Below the pieces are notes generated by a model. The model ran no database searches, was not told where the DNA came from, and was given only the letters and a program-made list of their open reading frames with translations. Shown here piece by piece: positions 18,158-27,970 of a DNA stretch of 64,000 nucleotides. The position numbers and the translations under genes are program-made. The first letter of the stretch is position 1, and each line of letters opens with the position of its first letter. Location: NCBI GenBank assembly GCA_964392445.1, contig CAYMPD010000001.1, positions 46,698 to 110,697 on the forward strand, given 5' to 3'. The DNA comes from an uncultured archaeon. Lineage in GTDB: Archaea > Aenigmatarchaeota > Aenigmatarchaeia > CG10238-14.

Positions 18158-19093
18158 TTAATCTTTCTTCAACTTAATCTTCATCATATCTCTAGCAACA
18201 ACAGCATCAGGAAGAACTTCTCTTGCTTGGTCTTCCAGTTCTTTAGGATCAGTATATCTTCGGCTAATATGAGTGAGAATAAGTTTCTTAACACCAGCTT
18301 TCTTTGCCAATCTTGCGGCTTCTTTAACATCAGCATGAGCCTTAGAACCAACATCTTCCTCGAGGAAAGTCCCGTCATGTATCAGAAGATCCGCGTTCTT
18401 AGAAATTTTAATAATATTATCACAGGGAGCAGTGTCCCCAGAATAAACAACCTTCAAACCTTCCTTCACATAACCAACATCCTCTATCCTAATCTCCTTA
18501 TCTTCCCAAACCATCTTATCTTCCTTTTTCAATTTTTTAAGCCATGGTCCTCTATTTATCCCCATCTCCTCAAGCTTATCCTCATAAATATTCCATTTAT
18601 CTTTCTCCTTAAAACAAAAACCAACAGTAGGAACAGAGTGAAGAACAGGTATTGAACTTATCTCGTAGTTCTCATCCTCGTCTATTTTAGTAATCTCACT
18701 ACCTTCAAACGGGACATTCACTGCTTTAACTGGGAATCTTAATCCAAAGTAACCCATGTCAAGGATGTTTGATACAAATCTTTCAGCCTCGGGAGCAAAT
18801 ATGGTCAAAGGTTTGTCTCTTTTTTCCAGGTTCATAGTTTGTATAAGTGGTATTAATCCCGCAAAATGATCAGCATGCCAATGACTGATAAAAATCTTGT
18901 CAATCGCCATAAAACTTACATCCGACTTCATCAGTTGTTTTTGGGTTCCCTCCCCACAGTCGAAAAGAAATACCTGTCTTTCATTTGTAAAATGTTCTAG
19001 AACTATTGCTGGGTGATTCCTATGAAGACTAGGTATGCCTGACACTGTACCAAGGAATGTTATTGTTATCATAAGTAATTCTTTTAACCTCAA
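18158..19093 (-). CDS. rnz: Ribonuclease Z (tRNA 3' endonuclease)
   Basis: 311 aa; metallo-beta-lactamase motif HWHADH and downstream His/Asp ligands; size of short-form RNase Z. Confidence 0.85.
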   Translation of the reverse strand: MRLKELLMITITFLGTVSGIPSLHRNHPAIVLEHFTNERQVFLFDCGEGTQKQLMKSDVSFMAIDKIFISHWHADHFAGLIPLIQTMNLEKRDKPLTIFAPEAERFVSNILDMGYFGLRFPVKAVNVPFEGSEITKIDEDENYEISSIPVLHSVPTVGFCFKEKDKWNIYEDKLEEMGINRGPWLKKLKKEDKMVWEDKEIRIEDVGYVKEGLKVVYSGDTAPCDNIIKISKNADLLIHDGTFLEEDVGSKAHADVKEAARLAKKAGVKKLILTHISRRYTDPKELEDQAREVLPDAVVARDMMKIKLKKD

Positions 19094-19110
19094 ATTAATT
19101 ATAGTTATTC

Positions 19111-19596
19111 ATGCCACCCAAAATCTGGAGAAGTGTAATGTATGGACTTTTCATTGGTACTACTATCTCTTCAGTAGTTCTTTTTGTTTTCAGAATTATT
19201 CCTATTTCTACAATTGGTATGATAATGATACTTTATCTTTATGCTGCTGTTGGTGGGATCACGGGTTATATTGCTCATAGGAAATTTGAGGATAGTTCTA
19301 ATGTCCCCAGGGAAATAGAAAAGAAACCTGAAGAAAACCCTGATAACCCACCTCCAAAAGAAAAAGTTAATCCCACCCCAGTAAAACAGGAGATAATTAA
19401 AATCGAGAACTACAGACAAAAATTAGATGAAATTAAAAACCTCAAAAGAACTTCTCTTATTCTTAAAGGGTTAGTAAATACTCGAAAAAGGTTAGAAGAG
19501 TTAAAAAAAGAAAGTAACTCTATTCTTGAAGATAGTGTAGAAATAATGGACAATAAAAGTGCTGATTTGACTAAGAGTTATTTGAAGACTAGTTAG
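19111..19596 (+). CDS. membrane protein with C-terminal coiled coil
   Basis: 161 aa; two N-terminal TM helices, Pro/Lys-rich linker. Confidence 0.4.
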   Translation: MPPKIWRSVMYGLFIGTTISSVVLFVFRIIPISTIGMIMILYLYAAVGGITGYIAHRKFEDSSNVPREIEKKPEENPDNPPPKEKVNPTPVKQEIIKIENYRQKLDEIKNLKRTSLILKGLVNTRKRLEELKKESNSILEDSVEIMDNKSADLTKSYLKTS

Positions 19597-20699
19597 CTGT
19601 TTGTCGCTCCTGGGGTTGGTGTATCATCTACTTCGAAATCATTTGTATCACTATCCGTATCTATTCCATTAGATATCCTTGCGGTCGATCTACCGTCCTC
19701 AGGAATGGGTGCATTATCTGATGCATCACCATCATCAAAATCTCCATATGCTACTTGGTCTACAACCTCTGATAGCTCTCTTAGTATTATAACATCTCCG
19801 CCATCGTTTAAACCAAAACTGAAATCATCTCCTTTCACAAGTACCAAATACCCATTTTCCGGAATAACCATGCCATCTAAAGTGGTATTTCCACCCCCGC
19901 TACCATAAGTGGATCCTGTATTATCTTCAATTGTCCAACCAGTCAAATTAACCTCAGAACTTCCCTTATTGTATAATTCAATCCATTCATCTTCACCAGT
20001 GTTAGGATCTGAGACAAACTCATTAATTACCACTCCTTTATTGCTCTCATAGCCTTTTTTCTTTGTAGATGGAAATTCAGACTCAGATTTTATTTGCTCC
20101 ATTTTTTCGACTTCTTCTTGGAGTTCTTGTTCTACTCCGGCACAAACTTCCACAACATTCTCCTGATTTACACCCTCAAAGGTTTCGGTAACCTCACCCT
20201 TTTCCAAAACTTTAGTCAACTCTCCATTTGGAGTTGTACAAATCTGCTCAATATAACCTAAACTTCTTGTGATTTTAAATCGGTATTCATTTGTTGTTAT
20301 TTTCCAAACCGTTTTTTCGGTATCTTCTTTGACCACTGTTACTTTACCTGGTTTAGAGAGTTCCTGAAATACCTCCCCAGCAGAAATACGCATAGTAAAT
20401 TTACCAAAGGGTGTTTCATAAGTCTTTTCGAATTTTTCCGAACTAAAAATCTTTGACATTTTACTAGGAACACTTTCAACCTCACTTTCATCAGCCATAT
20501 CCAAAACTAATTTACCCGTAGGAACAGAATCACTTAACGGACCAGTGACAAGGAAAGGTATCGAAATAAGACCAGTTATAATCGAACTGATGATGACAAT
20601 ATCACTCAATGTCATGCTAATAATTGAAAATGTTCCCTTATATAATTTTCTATCTAATATAAAATTTTTTAATATGTTATATCCTAATGTAAAATACAT
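19593..20699 (-). CDS. membrane-anchored lamin-tail-domain (LTD) protein
   Basis: 368 aa; N-terminal TM; C-terminal EWIELYN...LTGW...VILRE beta-sandwich LTD pattern, acidic tail. Confidence 0.55.
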   Translation of the reverse strand: MYFTLGYNILKNFILDRKLYKGTFSIISMTLSDIVIISSIITGLISIPFLVTGPLSDSVPTGKLVLDMADESEVESVPSKMSKIFSSEKFEKTYETPFGKFTMRISAGEVFQELSKPGKVTVVKEDTEKTVWKITTNEYRFKITRSLGYIEQICTTPNGELTKVLEKGEVTETFEGVNQENVVEVCAGVEQELQEEVEKMEQIKSESEFPSTKKKGYESNKGVVINEFVSDPNTGEDEWIELYNKGSSEVNLTGWTIEDNTGSTYGSGGGNTTLDGMVIPENGYLVLVKGDDFSFGLNDGGDVIILRELSEVVDQVAYGDFDDGDASDNAPIPEDGRSTARISNGIDTDSDTNDFEVDDTPTPGATNS

Positions 20700-20853
20700 T
20701 AACTCCCTAAATCCCTAAAAAGTCGATTTTGAAGTCCTATTAGGAGTCCATATCTTTTAACCACTTTAAAGTAGCATTCAATTTAGCCCGTACCCCACTC
20801 TATCTCACACTCACTTTCAATCCGTGAGAGTTGTTCTATATTATATATTTTTT

Positions 20854-20906
20854 AAAACATATTTTACTTCTATCATATTTTTATTATATAATATAAAACA
20901 TATTTT
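20854..20906 (+). repeat. two direct copies of AAAACATATTTT (20854-20865, 20895-20906)
   Basis: Read directly in divergent intergenic region upstream of wHTH gene 20997; same 12-mer as half-site of palindrome at 22546. Confidence 0.4.
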
Positions 20907-20996
20907 CTGATTATAGTTTAAGTTAACTTATTTTAAAATCTATATATTTTGATTAAACCGCCTGAACATATAAATACTTGGGAAAACTAATAATTA

Positions 20997-21305
20997 TTGG
21001 ATTGTATGGCGGTAAAAGAAACTGAATTAACAAAGCTCTTCTTAAGGACTAAGCCTGTTAGAATGCTAATTGCTTTGAAGAAAGGTCCCAAATATTGTAC
21101 CCAAATTTCAAAGGAAATAGACTGTACCTATTCTCATACAATAAAACTTTTGGACGAGTTGGAAACATTGAATCTAGTCACATTCAAAAAACAAGGAAGG
21201 ATCAAAATTGTCAACCTAACAGAAAACGGCGAAGATCTTGCACATTCTATTGAAGGTACATTGATGAAATTGGCTAGAATCCGAGAGCAAAATAAGGAAG
21301 AGTGA
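20997..21305 (+). CDS. winged-helix DNA-binding protein
   Basis: 102 aa; HTH segment CTQISKEIDCTYSHTIKLLDELETLNLV. Confidence 0.5.
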   Translation: MDCMAVKETELTKLFLRTKPVRMLIALKKGPKYCTQISKEIDCTYSHTIKLLDELETLNLVTFKKQGRIKIVNLTENGEDLAHSIEGTLMKLARIREQNKEE

Positions 21306-21456
21306 CACTAAATAGTGTCATAAATGAGGGTTCTTGGTCTAACTGATAGTCTTTTGTTGTGTTATAGGGGGGTTTTTTCTCTTATTTAAAAGTAGTCAAT
21401 ATATGATGACATATTTATTTACTAGAAAAGGGGTATAATATAACAGGTATCATTAT

Positions 21457-22397
21457 ATGATGACGGATAATACATCAGAAGTAAAATGCCCTACATGTCG
21501 AAAAACATTCAAAAAGACTAGATATAGAAAAAAATACTGTTCTAGAGAATGTGCTCAAATAGGGATTGCTAATAGACCAAGAACAGAGGCGCTTAAATAT
21601 AAGGATAGATACTGTAAGTTTTGTGGAAATTTGTTTAGATCATCAAGAAGAGATCAAAAATTTTGTTCTAAAAGCTGCTATTATGATTATGTTAAACATA
21701 CCAATAAGTTGAGAAGACGTAAAGGACCTAACAAAGCGGAAAACATCTTATTAGGATAATAAAAGGACATGGTCTCCCTTTCAAATTTGTAGGGAATGGA
21801 GAATTCCATGTTGGGAAGAAAAATCCTGATTTTATCGGGATTGGTAAGCAAAAGTACAAAATAATAGAACTCTTCGGCGATTATTGGCATAAAAAGAAAA
21901 ATATAAGATATCACAGAACAGAAGAGGGAAGACAACTATATTATTGGAAAAGTGGTTATGATTGCTTAATAATATGGGAATCAGAATTAGAAAATGAAAA
22001 AAAGATTGTGAATAAAATTAAAAATTATCTAAGAGGTGATAACGTGCAAATTAAAACTTGGGTGATAAATAAAATAGACTATGATGAGTTTGACTGGAAT
22101 GACTTTATGGATACATTATTTCCAGGGAAAAAGGAGAAAACTAGAGAAGCTGCAAGTAAAATTTTGAAATATTTGAAAGAAAACCCAGCGACATTAAATG
22201 AAATTATTAAAAATAAGAATTTAGTTAGAGGGACAGCTTATAACGCATTTGACTATCTTAGAAAATCTGGACTTATATACAGAAAAGATAAGTATTCGAA
22301 AATAATAATCTCTGAGCAATTTGGAAGGGCACTTGAAAGGCTTGCTAAGTACTGGTATTTGTGGTGTAGAGGAGTTAAAGAAAAAAGAACTAGATAA
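21457..22397 (+). pseudogene. frameshifted gene: Zn-ribbon + Vsr/DUF559-like PD-(D/E)XK endonuclease + C-terminal wHTH
   Basis: Frame 1 ORF (21457-21759, CPTC...CSREC, CKFC...CSKSC) ends ...AENILLG*. Frame 0 is open from 21732 with no start codon and reads KGHGLPFKFVGNGEFHVGKKNPDFIGIGKQKYKIIELFGDYWH...GYDCLIIWESEL (Vsr motifs PDIV, FVDGCFWH, GWrVLrvWE), continuing to 22397 with a wHTH. The 22008..22397 ORF in the track is the tail of this frame (internal GTG). Frames join across an A-run near 21750-21762. Confidence 0.55.
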
Positions 22398-22545
22398 TAT
22401 AGGGTAAGGGAACAATTTTTATGTCCGAAAAGGGGGTGTTTTTACCTTAAATTATATACTAATTTATAATAAATTTTGATATAAGTTTAGTTAAATAATA
22501 ATTGAAAAGTATATTATTCATAATAACTAATTTTTGATACTTCCT

Positions 22546-22569
22546 AACATATTTACTAAAAAATATGTT
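22546..22569 (+). promoter_or_regulatory. palindrome AACATATTT-N6-AAATATGTT
   Basis: Read directly in AT-rich spacer; its half-site AAAACATATTTT occurs twice as direct repeat at 20854-20865 and 20895-20906 on the other side of the wHTH/Vsr-like islet. Confidence 0.4.
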
Positions 22570-22597
22570 TTATTTTATATAATAAGTATTCACACAC

Positions 22598-22610
22598 AAA
22601 AGTGAGAGTT
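22598..22610 (+). repeat. AAAGTGAGAGTTA motif copy 1
   Basis: Exact 13-mer, 80 nt upstream of gene 22691; starts a short GTG-initiated MRVK... reading frame. Confidence 0.6.
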
Positions 22611-22690
22611 AAATTTTGGAAAGTAGAAATAAGTTTTAGTCGGAAAACACGAGGAGAAGGGTTATAAGCACATAAAATCTTAATTTAGTT

Positions 22691-23116
22691 ATGAAAATTC
22701 CTGAAAGTGTTGGCTGGGATAGAATAAACGAAGGATTGAAAAAACTAGATGTAGTTGGGATAAACCATTTCAGTCTTGGGTTACCTAAGGAAAGTGAGGG
22801 AACAAATCCTGAAAAGGTAGAACTTTTCTTCGAGGAAATGGGAAAAATTATTGGAATAGAGAATCCTAAAGAGGTGAAATCGACTGAGTGGTTCATCTAC
22901 CCTGATGGTAAAACTCCAGGATATGAGCATCTACTTTGGCCTGGTAAAAAAGTTTTTTATCATATTGAAATCGATGTTAAGGATTCTAATGAAAGAATAA
23001 TGGAGGTTTTTCCTGAAGCATTTGAAGAAAGGCCCGGAATGTTTTGGTTAACAGTAGATAAGGGTTTCTTGGGAATACTGTGGGCGGTCATTATAACTAA
23101 CAAGAGAGAAAAGTGA
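22691..23116 (+). CDS. hypothetical protein
   Basis: 141-aa ORF; preceded 80 nt upstream by AAAGTGAGAGTTA motif. Confidence 0.4.
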   Translation: MKIPESVGWDRINEGLKKLDVVGINHFSLGLPKESEGTNPEKVELFFEEMGKIIGIENPKEVKSTEWFIYPDGKTPGYEHLLWPGKKVFYHIEIDVKDSNERIMEVFPEAFEERPGMFWLTVDKGFLGILWAVIITNKREK

Positions 23117-23120
23117 GGGT

Positions 23121-23498
23121 ATGAAGCTAATAAACAAGACCAAAAATAAAGTAATCGCAACAAAAATAATAGTAAGGAAGAGCAGGATAGGGTTAATGTT
23201 AGGACTGATCCCATACAAAACCAAAAACGAATACATCTACGATTATTTGAAGTTCAAAAAGTTCGGTAGAAAAGATGCTATGCTATTCAAAGTGAGAGGT
23301 AAAGGTGGGATTCATACATGGTTTATGAGTTTTCCGATAAGTGTTTTCTTCCTGGATAAGGATATGAAAGTAATTGATAAGGTTCAACTATATCCTTTTG
23401 AGAGATATAAACCAAAGAAAAGATATGAGTGTTTTGTTGAATTGGATGGTTCCTGGATAAATAAGATAAGGATTGGAGAGGAATTAGAACTAAAGTGA
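23121..23498 (+). CDS. DUF192-family protein
   Basis: 125 aa; IHTWFMSFPISVFFLD...ELDGSW matches DUF192 (COG1430) pattern. Confidence 0.55.
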   Translation: MKLINKTKNKVIATKIIVRKSRIGLMLGLIPYKTKNEYIYDYLKFKKFGRKDAMLFKVRGKGGIHTWFMSFPISVFFLDKDMKVIDKVQLYPFERYKPKKRYECFVELDGSWINKIRIGEELELK

Positions 23499-23504
23499 GA
23501 GTTA
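23492..23504 (+). repeat. AAAGTGAGAGTTA motif copy 2
   Basis: Exact 13-mer spanning the TGA stop of the DUF192 gene. Confidence 0.6.
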
Positions 23505-23720
23505 ATCCTTCAAACTTGGGAATCCTTCTAGGTTCTTTATATCGTAAATTTCGATTAGTTTTTTTCTGCCTTCCTTTGTTTTCGATAATTCCTTGTAAAC
23601 TCTTTGGTGGTTTTGGAAAAGTGAGTTAATGAATTGGGTGTGAATCTTTCTCCACTTATCTGGGTTATTTCTAACAAATTCTGCCCATCTTTCTATTTGA
23701 TCTTGATGTGTTTCCCTCAT
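23502..23720 (-). CDS. hypothetical small protein
   Basis: 72-aa ORF, 4-nt overlap with upstream minus-strand gene. Confidence 0.3.
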   Translation of the reverse strand: MRETHQDQIERWAEFVRNNPDKWRKIHTQFINSLFQNHQRVYKELSKTKEGRKKLIEIYDIKNLEGFPSLKD

Positions 23721-24274
23721 AATCTCAACTTCTTAATCATTTGTTTGATCTTTTTTACTTCTTCTTCTTTTACTTTATCCTTGTATACCCTCCTCAAATA
23801 CTCGGCGTCTTCCAAGTCTTTGGGGGATTTTAATAAGTCTTCCTTAAAGGCTATATTCATGTTAATGGAACTAAACCATACATCTAAACCAGTTAAAGGT
23901 AATTTTTCTTTTGTTTCGAATTGATAGTTATCAAGTTCATCCTTCGCGAATTTAAGTTCAATTTCGGGTAAAGGGTTATCTTCACGGGCATACCTCACAG
24001 GGATATTACTATCCAAATAATCATAAATTTCTTCTAAATCAGGGCTTTGTATACAAGTAAATCCTTCTTCTACTAAATCTTTGTGTAATTTCTTAAAATT
24101 CTCATAGCCCATTCTCCGTATTATTATGTCTATATCTTCTGTTCCCCGAGTTCTACCTGAGGCTATCACAACAAACCCAGACACTACTATGTACTCTACA
24201 TGCTCCTCAAGTATTTCACAAAAATCGGAACAAAACTCATTCAATACATTCTTATCTGATATCTGCCTTTCCAT
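23717..24274 (-). CDS. nucleotidyltransferase-domain protein
   Basis: 185 aa; GFVVIASGRTRGTEDIDIII = minimal nucleotidyltransferase (GS...D-x-D) signature. Confidence 0.5.
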   Translation of the reverse strand: MERQISDKNVLNEFCSDFCEILEEHVEYIVVSGFVVIASGRTRGTEDIDIIIRRMGYENFKKLHKDLVEEGFTCIQSPDLEEIYDYLDSNIPVRYAREDNPLPEIELKFAKDELDNYQFETKEKLPLTGLDVWFSSINMNIAFKEDLLKSPKDLEDAEYLRRVYKDKVKEEEVKKIKQMIKKLRL

Positions 24275-24308
24275 GATTATTACTAGAATTCCAGAAATTT
24301 ATTCTTGA

Positions 24309-24321
24309 AAAGTGAGAGTTA
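24309..24321 (+). repeat. AAAGTGAGAGTTA motif copy 3
   Basis: Exact 13-mer in spacer between two minus-strand genes. Confidence 0.6.
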
Positions 24322-24945
24322 TTTCACTACTTTAACACTCTTAATTACAACATCTTCAGCAGGAACATTCCCGTACATACCTACATTGTGAGTTTTTACC
24401 TTAGCTATAGAATCAACAACGTCCATACCTTCAATCACTTTACCAAAAACAGCATAACCATAAGGATCATTACCTCCTGGATTAAGAAAATCATTATCAA
24501 CTAGGTTAATGAAAAACTGGGAAGTTGCGGAATCAGGGTTGTTTGTCCTTGCCATTGCTATAGTGCCTCTTTCATTTGTTAGTCCACTGTCCTTGGCTTC
24601 GTTCTTGATAGTTGAGTATTTCGTTTCTTTTTCAGTCATTCCAGGTTCAAATCCTCCGCCCTGTATCATAAATCCATCTATCACTCTGTGAAAGATTAGT
24701 CCATCATAAAACCTATTCTCGACATACTTGAGGAAATTCTCGGTTGTTTTAGGTGCTCTTTGTCCATCTAACTCCAAAACGATTGTCCCCTTATTCGTTA
24801 CCATCTCGACATTGACCATACCCGAAACTTTGTTGTTAGAAATATTAATTAGTTTGTAACCGAAAAATGTAAGAACCACCAAAATTGTTATTAAACCTAG
24901 TATCAAATATTTTCTCTCTATCTGAATTTCCACTGACATGAACAA
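24319..24945 (-). CDS. Peptidyl-prolyl cis-trans isomerase, cyclophilin type, membrane-anchored
   Basis: 208 aa; N-terminal TM; [15 protein letters not shown]...NTNGSQFFI-like cyclophilin core. Confidence 0.85.
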   Translation of the reverse strand: MFMSVEIQIERKYLILGLITILVVLTFFGYKLINISNNKVSGMVNVEMVTNKGTIVLELDGQRAPKTTENFLKYVENRFYDGLIFHRVIDGFMIQGGGFEPGMTEKETKYSTIKNEAKDSGLTNERGTIAMARTNNPDSATSQFFINLVDNDFLNPGGNDPYGYAVFGKVIEGMDVVDSIAKVKTHNVGMYGNVPAEDVVIKSVKVVK

Positions 24946-24976
24946 TATTTGAAAAATAGATTATTATTTTTTACCG

Positions 24977-24989
24977 AAAGTGAGAGTTA
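24977..24989 (+). repeat. AAAGTGAGAGTTA motif copy 4
   Basis: Exact 13-mer; GTG within it opens a 33-codon hydrophobic ORF (MRVKLTILDLIIASIGLILLGLGYIDQCNCVSI) upstream of the ATP-grasp cassette. Confidence 0.6.
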
Positions 24990-25103
24990 AACTAACAATT
25001 TTAGATTTAATTATTGCCTCTATAGGTCTTATTTTATTAGGACTAGGATATATAGACCAATGTAATTGTGTGAGTATTTGATCAGGTGATAGACTGAAGG
25101 AAC

Positions 25104-25125
25104 CCAGATAGATTCCTTTTCAGGT
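25104..25125 (+). repeat. 22-nt direct repeat, left copy (CCAGATAGATTCCTTTTCAGGT)
   Basis: 20/22 identity with 27792-27813; the two copies bracket the ATP-grasp/amidohydrolase three-gene cassette. Confidence 0.6.
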
Positions 25126-25136
25126 CCCTGAAAAGG
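25115..25136 (+). promoter_or_regulatory. perfect 10-bp-arm palindrome CCTTTTCAGG-TC-CCTGAAAAGG
   Basis: Read directly; overlaps left direct repeat, about 65 nt upstream of ATP-grasp gene start; operator- or hairpin-like. Confidence 0.45.
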
Positions 25137-25199
25137 GGATTTATATAGTTTCATCACCACCAAAATGCTTAATTTAGAGGTCATGTATATATTTCTTGT

Positions 25200-26081
25200 A
25201 TGAAAATTGTTATTTTAGGCTCCCCAGAAAGGAGAAAAAAAGACTTAGAACTCCTGAAAGACGCAAAAGGGGTTTTTGATAAAGCTTTATATGTTTCAAT
25301 AGATTCCGTTAAGTTGGAGGTATCAGACGAAATGAAAGTATCCTTCGAAAAGACTGATCTTTCAGATTTCGACGTAATTCTCCCTGTGCCCACATATGAA
25401 CACAAAGAAACCTATTATATGTGTCTGAAAATTCTTGAAAAAAGTTGTTATGTTCCATACAAGAGCGATGATTTCTTTTTACTCTGGAACAAACCACTTT
25501 TAATAAAGAAACTTCAAGAGAGTGATATTAACGTGAGGAAAACAGTTGTAGTCGCATCTAATTATATACCCGAAAATGCTGTAAAAGAATTGAAATTGCC
25601 TATCATTGTTAATTCATATAAGGGGAAAGTTTTGGTCACCGACAAAAATACCCTTAAGGATGTTATGGATTTATTTAAAAAAGGTATAATGAATAGACTT
25701 GAGAAGCCTATATCGGCTAATAAGAGTATCTGGTGCTTTATTGTCGGTGACGAAGTTATTGGTTGTTATGAAAAAGTAGGTGATGAGAGAAAAAGAATGA
25801 CTAAAGCCAGTTCGGATATTACTAAATTATCTAAAAGGATAAAATCCATTGTCAATACTGATTTCTGCATAATTAATTTCCTAGAAACTAAAGACAAAAT
25901 AATCGTAAAAAATATTAGTGTGACACCAGATTTCCCGTTGTTTGAAAAAATCACAGGTAAAAACCTAGGCTTGAGTTTACTAATTTATGTTAAAAGCCAG
26001 ATTGAAGAAGAAAAACTTCCTTTTATAACGAAATTCATAATAGACGTTATGGATTTATTGAAAAGGTTGGTGAAACAATGA
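25200..26081 (+). CDS. ATP-grasp (RimK-like) paralog, probably catalytically degenerate
   Basis: 293 aa; N-terminus and domain order parallel the downstream RimK-like gene (MKIVILG..LSDFDVILP) but lacks the Gly-rich ATP loop; 4-nt overlap with next gene. Confidence 0.5.
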   Translation: MKIVILGSPERRKKDLELLKDAKGVFDKALYVSIDSVKLEVSDEMKVSFEKTDLSDFDVILPVPTYEHKETYYMCLKILEKSCYVPYKSDDFFLLWNKPLLIKKLQESDINVRKTVVVASNYIPENAVKELKLPIIVNSYKGKVLVTDKNTLKDVMDLFKKGIMNRLEKPISANKSIWCFIVGDEVIGCYEKVGDERKRMTKASSDITKLSKRIKSIVNTDFCIINFLETKDKIIVKNISVTPDFPLFEKITGKNLGLSLLIYVKSQIEEEKLPFITKFIIDVMDLLKRLVKQ

Positions 26082-26944
26082 AAATAGCGATATTGGGTAA
26101 AGTAAAAAGGAGTTACGAAGAAATAAAGATCATAAAAGAAGCGAAGAAAGTTTTTAACTCTGTTTTATATTTACCTATACCAGAAGCGAGGATAGAGATA
26201 AATTCCGACTTCAGTGTTAAATTTAAGAACGAAGATTTGTCGGACTTTGACTGTATATTACCAAGGATTCCCCGAAGTTATAGGACATATGGATTCACGT
26301 TATTGTCAGCTCTTAAAGGCAAAACATTTGTGCCAATAGAGCCAATGTCCTTGTTCAACTGTCATAATAAATTCCTAACCCTCATGATACTGAATGAAGA
26401 GGGTTTACCTGTACCTAAAACATTACTATCCGAAAAGAGAAAAATCATCGAGGATTCCTTGGATGAAATAGGTTATCCAGTTGTAATGAAACTTCTCTAC
26501 GGTTCCATGGGGAAAGGTGTAATGTTTGCAGACGGCAAACAATCTGCTATAAGTTTCATGGACACACTTGAAAGATTCGACGAACCAATTTTCGTCGAGG
26601 AATTTGTTCCAAATAATGGAGAGGATATTAGAATTTACATGGTAGATCATGAACCCATTGCTTGTATGAAGAGAGTGGCAAAAGAAGGGGAAAAAAGGTC
26701 TAATATTGGGATTGGGGGAAAAGGGGAAAAGTACATATTGCCTGAAAAATACGAAGATCTGGTCCACAGTGCATCCAAGTCACTTGAAGCCAGGATTTGT
26801 GGCTTGGATTTGATGGAATCCAAGAAAGGACCCGTTTTTATTGAAGCTAATATCAACGCCCAATTCAAGGGACTAGAAGAAGCTACCAAAATCAACGTTG
26901 CAAAAATTATAATAGAATTTATGAAGAGCTGTGTGAAAGAGTGA
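26078..26944 (+). CDS. RimK/LysX-family ATP-grasp ligase (alpha-L-glutamate ligase-like)
   Basis: 288 aa; GYPVVMKLLYGSMGKGVMF (Lys + Gly loop), EEFVPNNGEDIRIYMVD, GLDLMESKKGPVFIEANINAQF (catalytic E-x-N). Confidence 0.8.
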   Translation: MKIAILGKVKRSYEEIKIIKEAKKVFNSVLYLPIPEARIEINSDFSVKFKNEDLSDFDCILPRIPRSYRTYGFTLLSALKGKTFVPIEPMSLFNCHNKFLTLMILNEEGLPVPKTLLSEKRKIIEDSLDEIGYPVVMKLLYGSMGKGVMFADGKQSAISFMDTLERFDEPIFVEEFVPNNGEDIRIYMVDHEPIACMKRVAKEGEKRSNIGIGGKGEKYILPEKYEDLVHSASKSLEARICGLDLMESKKGPVFIEANINAQFKGLEEATKINVAKIIIEFMKSCVKE

Positions 26945-26948
26945 AAGA

Positions 26949-27785
26949 ATGGATTTTCTTAGATTTAGTGACTTAAAATCAATGGATAGTTTTCTAGAGG
27001 AGATTAGTGTCAAAAGAGAAGACAAAATGGAGTATTACAAATTTAGCAAGTTCGAGGAGAACAGAATTCTTTTTACAGCCGAGCACAGCAAAATCGTGAA
27101 ATTTCAGACCTCTAAATTCCCAAGACCCAATTGTATCGAATTAGGTGATAGAAATACTGACAAAATCGCTAAACTGATGTCCTACAAACTTAAATCTGGG
27201 TATCTTATTTTCGGGTACCCGAGAACGGAAGTTGATGCATCAAGATCTTTCAGAACTTTGGGTGGAGATGAAAAAATAAAGGCTGCAGTTACAAGAAAAA
27301 AAGAATTATTAGGAAAAGTGGATGTAAAGATACACCAAAATGAGAAATATTTGTCAAACCTTCAGAAATACCATTCTATAGTTGAAAAATCGAACCCTAA
27401 GATAATAGCGTCCATCCATGGTATACAGAGGAGACACAAAAATGATGTAGTTTTTGGGTTAGGTGAGAATTCTGAGTATGTGGGTGGGGCGAAGGAAGAG
27501 AAAAGGTTAATGAATATACTCGAAAAAAATCTTGAAGAAAATGGTCAATCAGACTTGAAATTCAGAGTTTCAAAAAAATATTATACTGGTAAAAGGAATT
27601 TTGTTTTACATCGAAATATCCTCGAGTTCAATAGAAGTAATCCAGAAAAAAGGTACGGCATGCAGATAGAATTTAATAGGAGAACCAGAGTGGGAGATAA
27701 ATCCAAAGAGTTCATAAAAAAGAAATATCAAATTGTATGTCAAATAATAGCGGATTCAATTTTAGAGTGGGGAAAACCTAAATGA
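26949..27785 (+). CDS. putative creatininase/ArfB-family-like amidohydrolase (tentative)
   Basis: 278 aa; FTAEHS, GDRNTDKIAKL, IIASIHGIQRRHKN segments resemble creatininase-family metal ligands (EQHG / TD..IA / NGHxxN) from memory; cannot be confirmed without a profile search. Confidence 0.4.
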   Translation: MDFLRFSDLKSMDSFLEEISVKREDKMEYYKFSKFEENRILFTAEHSKIVKFQTSKFPRPNCIELGDRNTDKIAKLMSYKLKSGYLIFGYPRTEVDASRSFRTLGGDEKIKAAVTRKKELLGKVDVKIHQNEKYLSNLQKYHSIVEKSNPKIIASIHGIQRRHKNDVVFGLGENSEYVGGAKEEKRLMNILEKNLEENGQSDLKFRVSKKYYTGKRNFVLHRNILEFNRSNPEKRYGMQIEFNRRTRVGDKSKEFIKKKYQIVCQIIADSILEWGKPK

Positions 27786-27791
27786 GTCGAT

Positions 27792-27813
27792 CCAAATAGA
27801 TTCCTATTCAGGT
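27792..27813 (+). repeat. 22-nt direct repeat, right copy (CCAAATAGATTCCTATTCAGGT)
   Basis: 20/22 identity with 25104-25125; 7 nt downstream of cassette's last stop codon; further weak similarity extends about 40 nt (GGGATT-AT...). Confidence 0.6.
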
Positions 27814-27908
27814 AAGGGACCCAAAGAAGCCTAGATGCTCAGAAATGATGGGATTATTTCAATGGAGGGTGTGAAAAAGTATTATGATAAAAAACCATGA
27901 GTATCAAA

Positions 27909-27921
27909 AAAGTGAGAGTTA
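27909..27921 (+). repeat. AAAGTGAGAGTTA motif copy 5
   Basis: Exact 13-mer 50 nt upstream of ndk. Confidence 0.6.
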
Positions 27922-27970
27922 AATACAAAAAATTTAACTGATAAAACCAAATTAATTCAGAGGTGAGTTC

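Noticed and set aside
21687-21935. 82-aa minus-strand ORF
   Set aside because: Antisense to the Vsr-like reading frame, which has strong motif support
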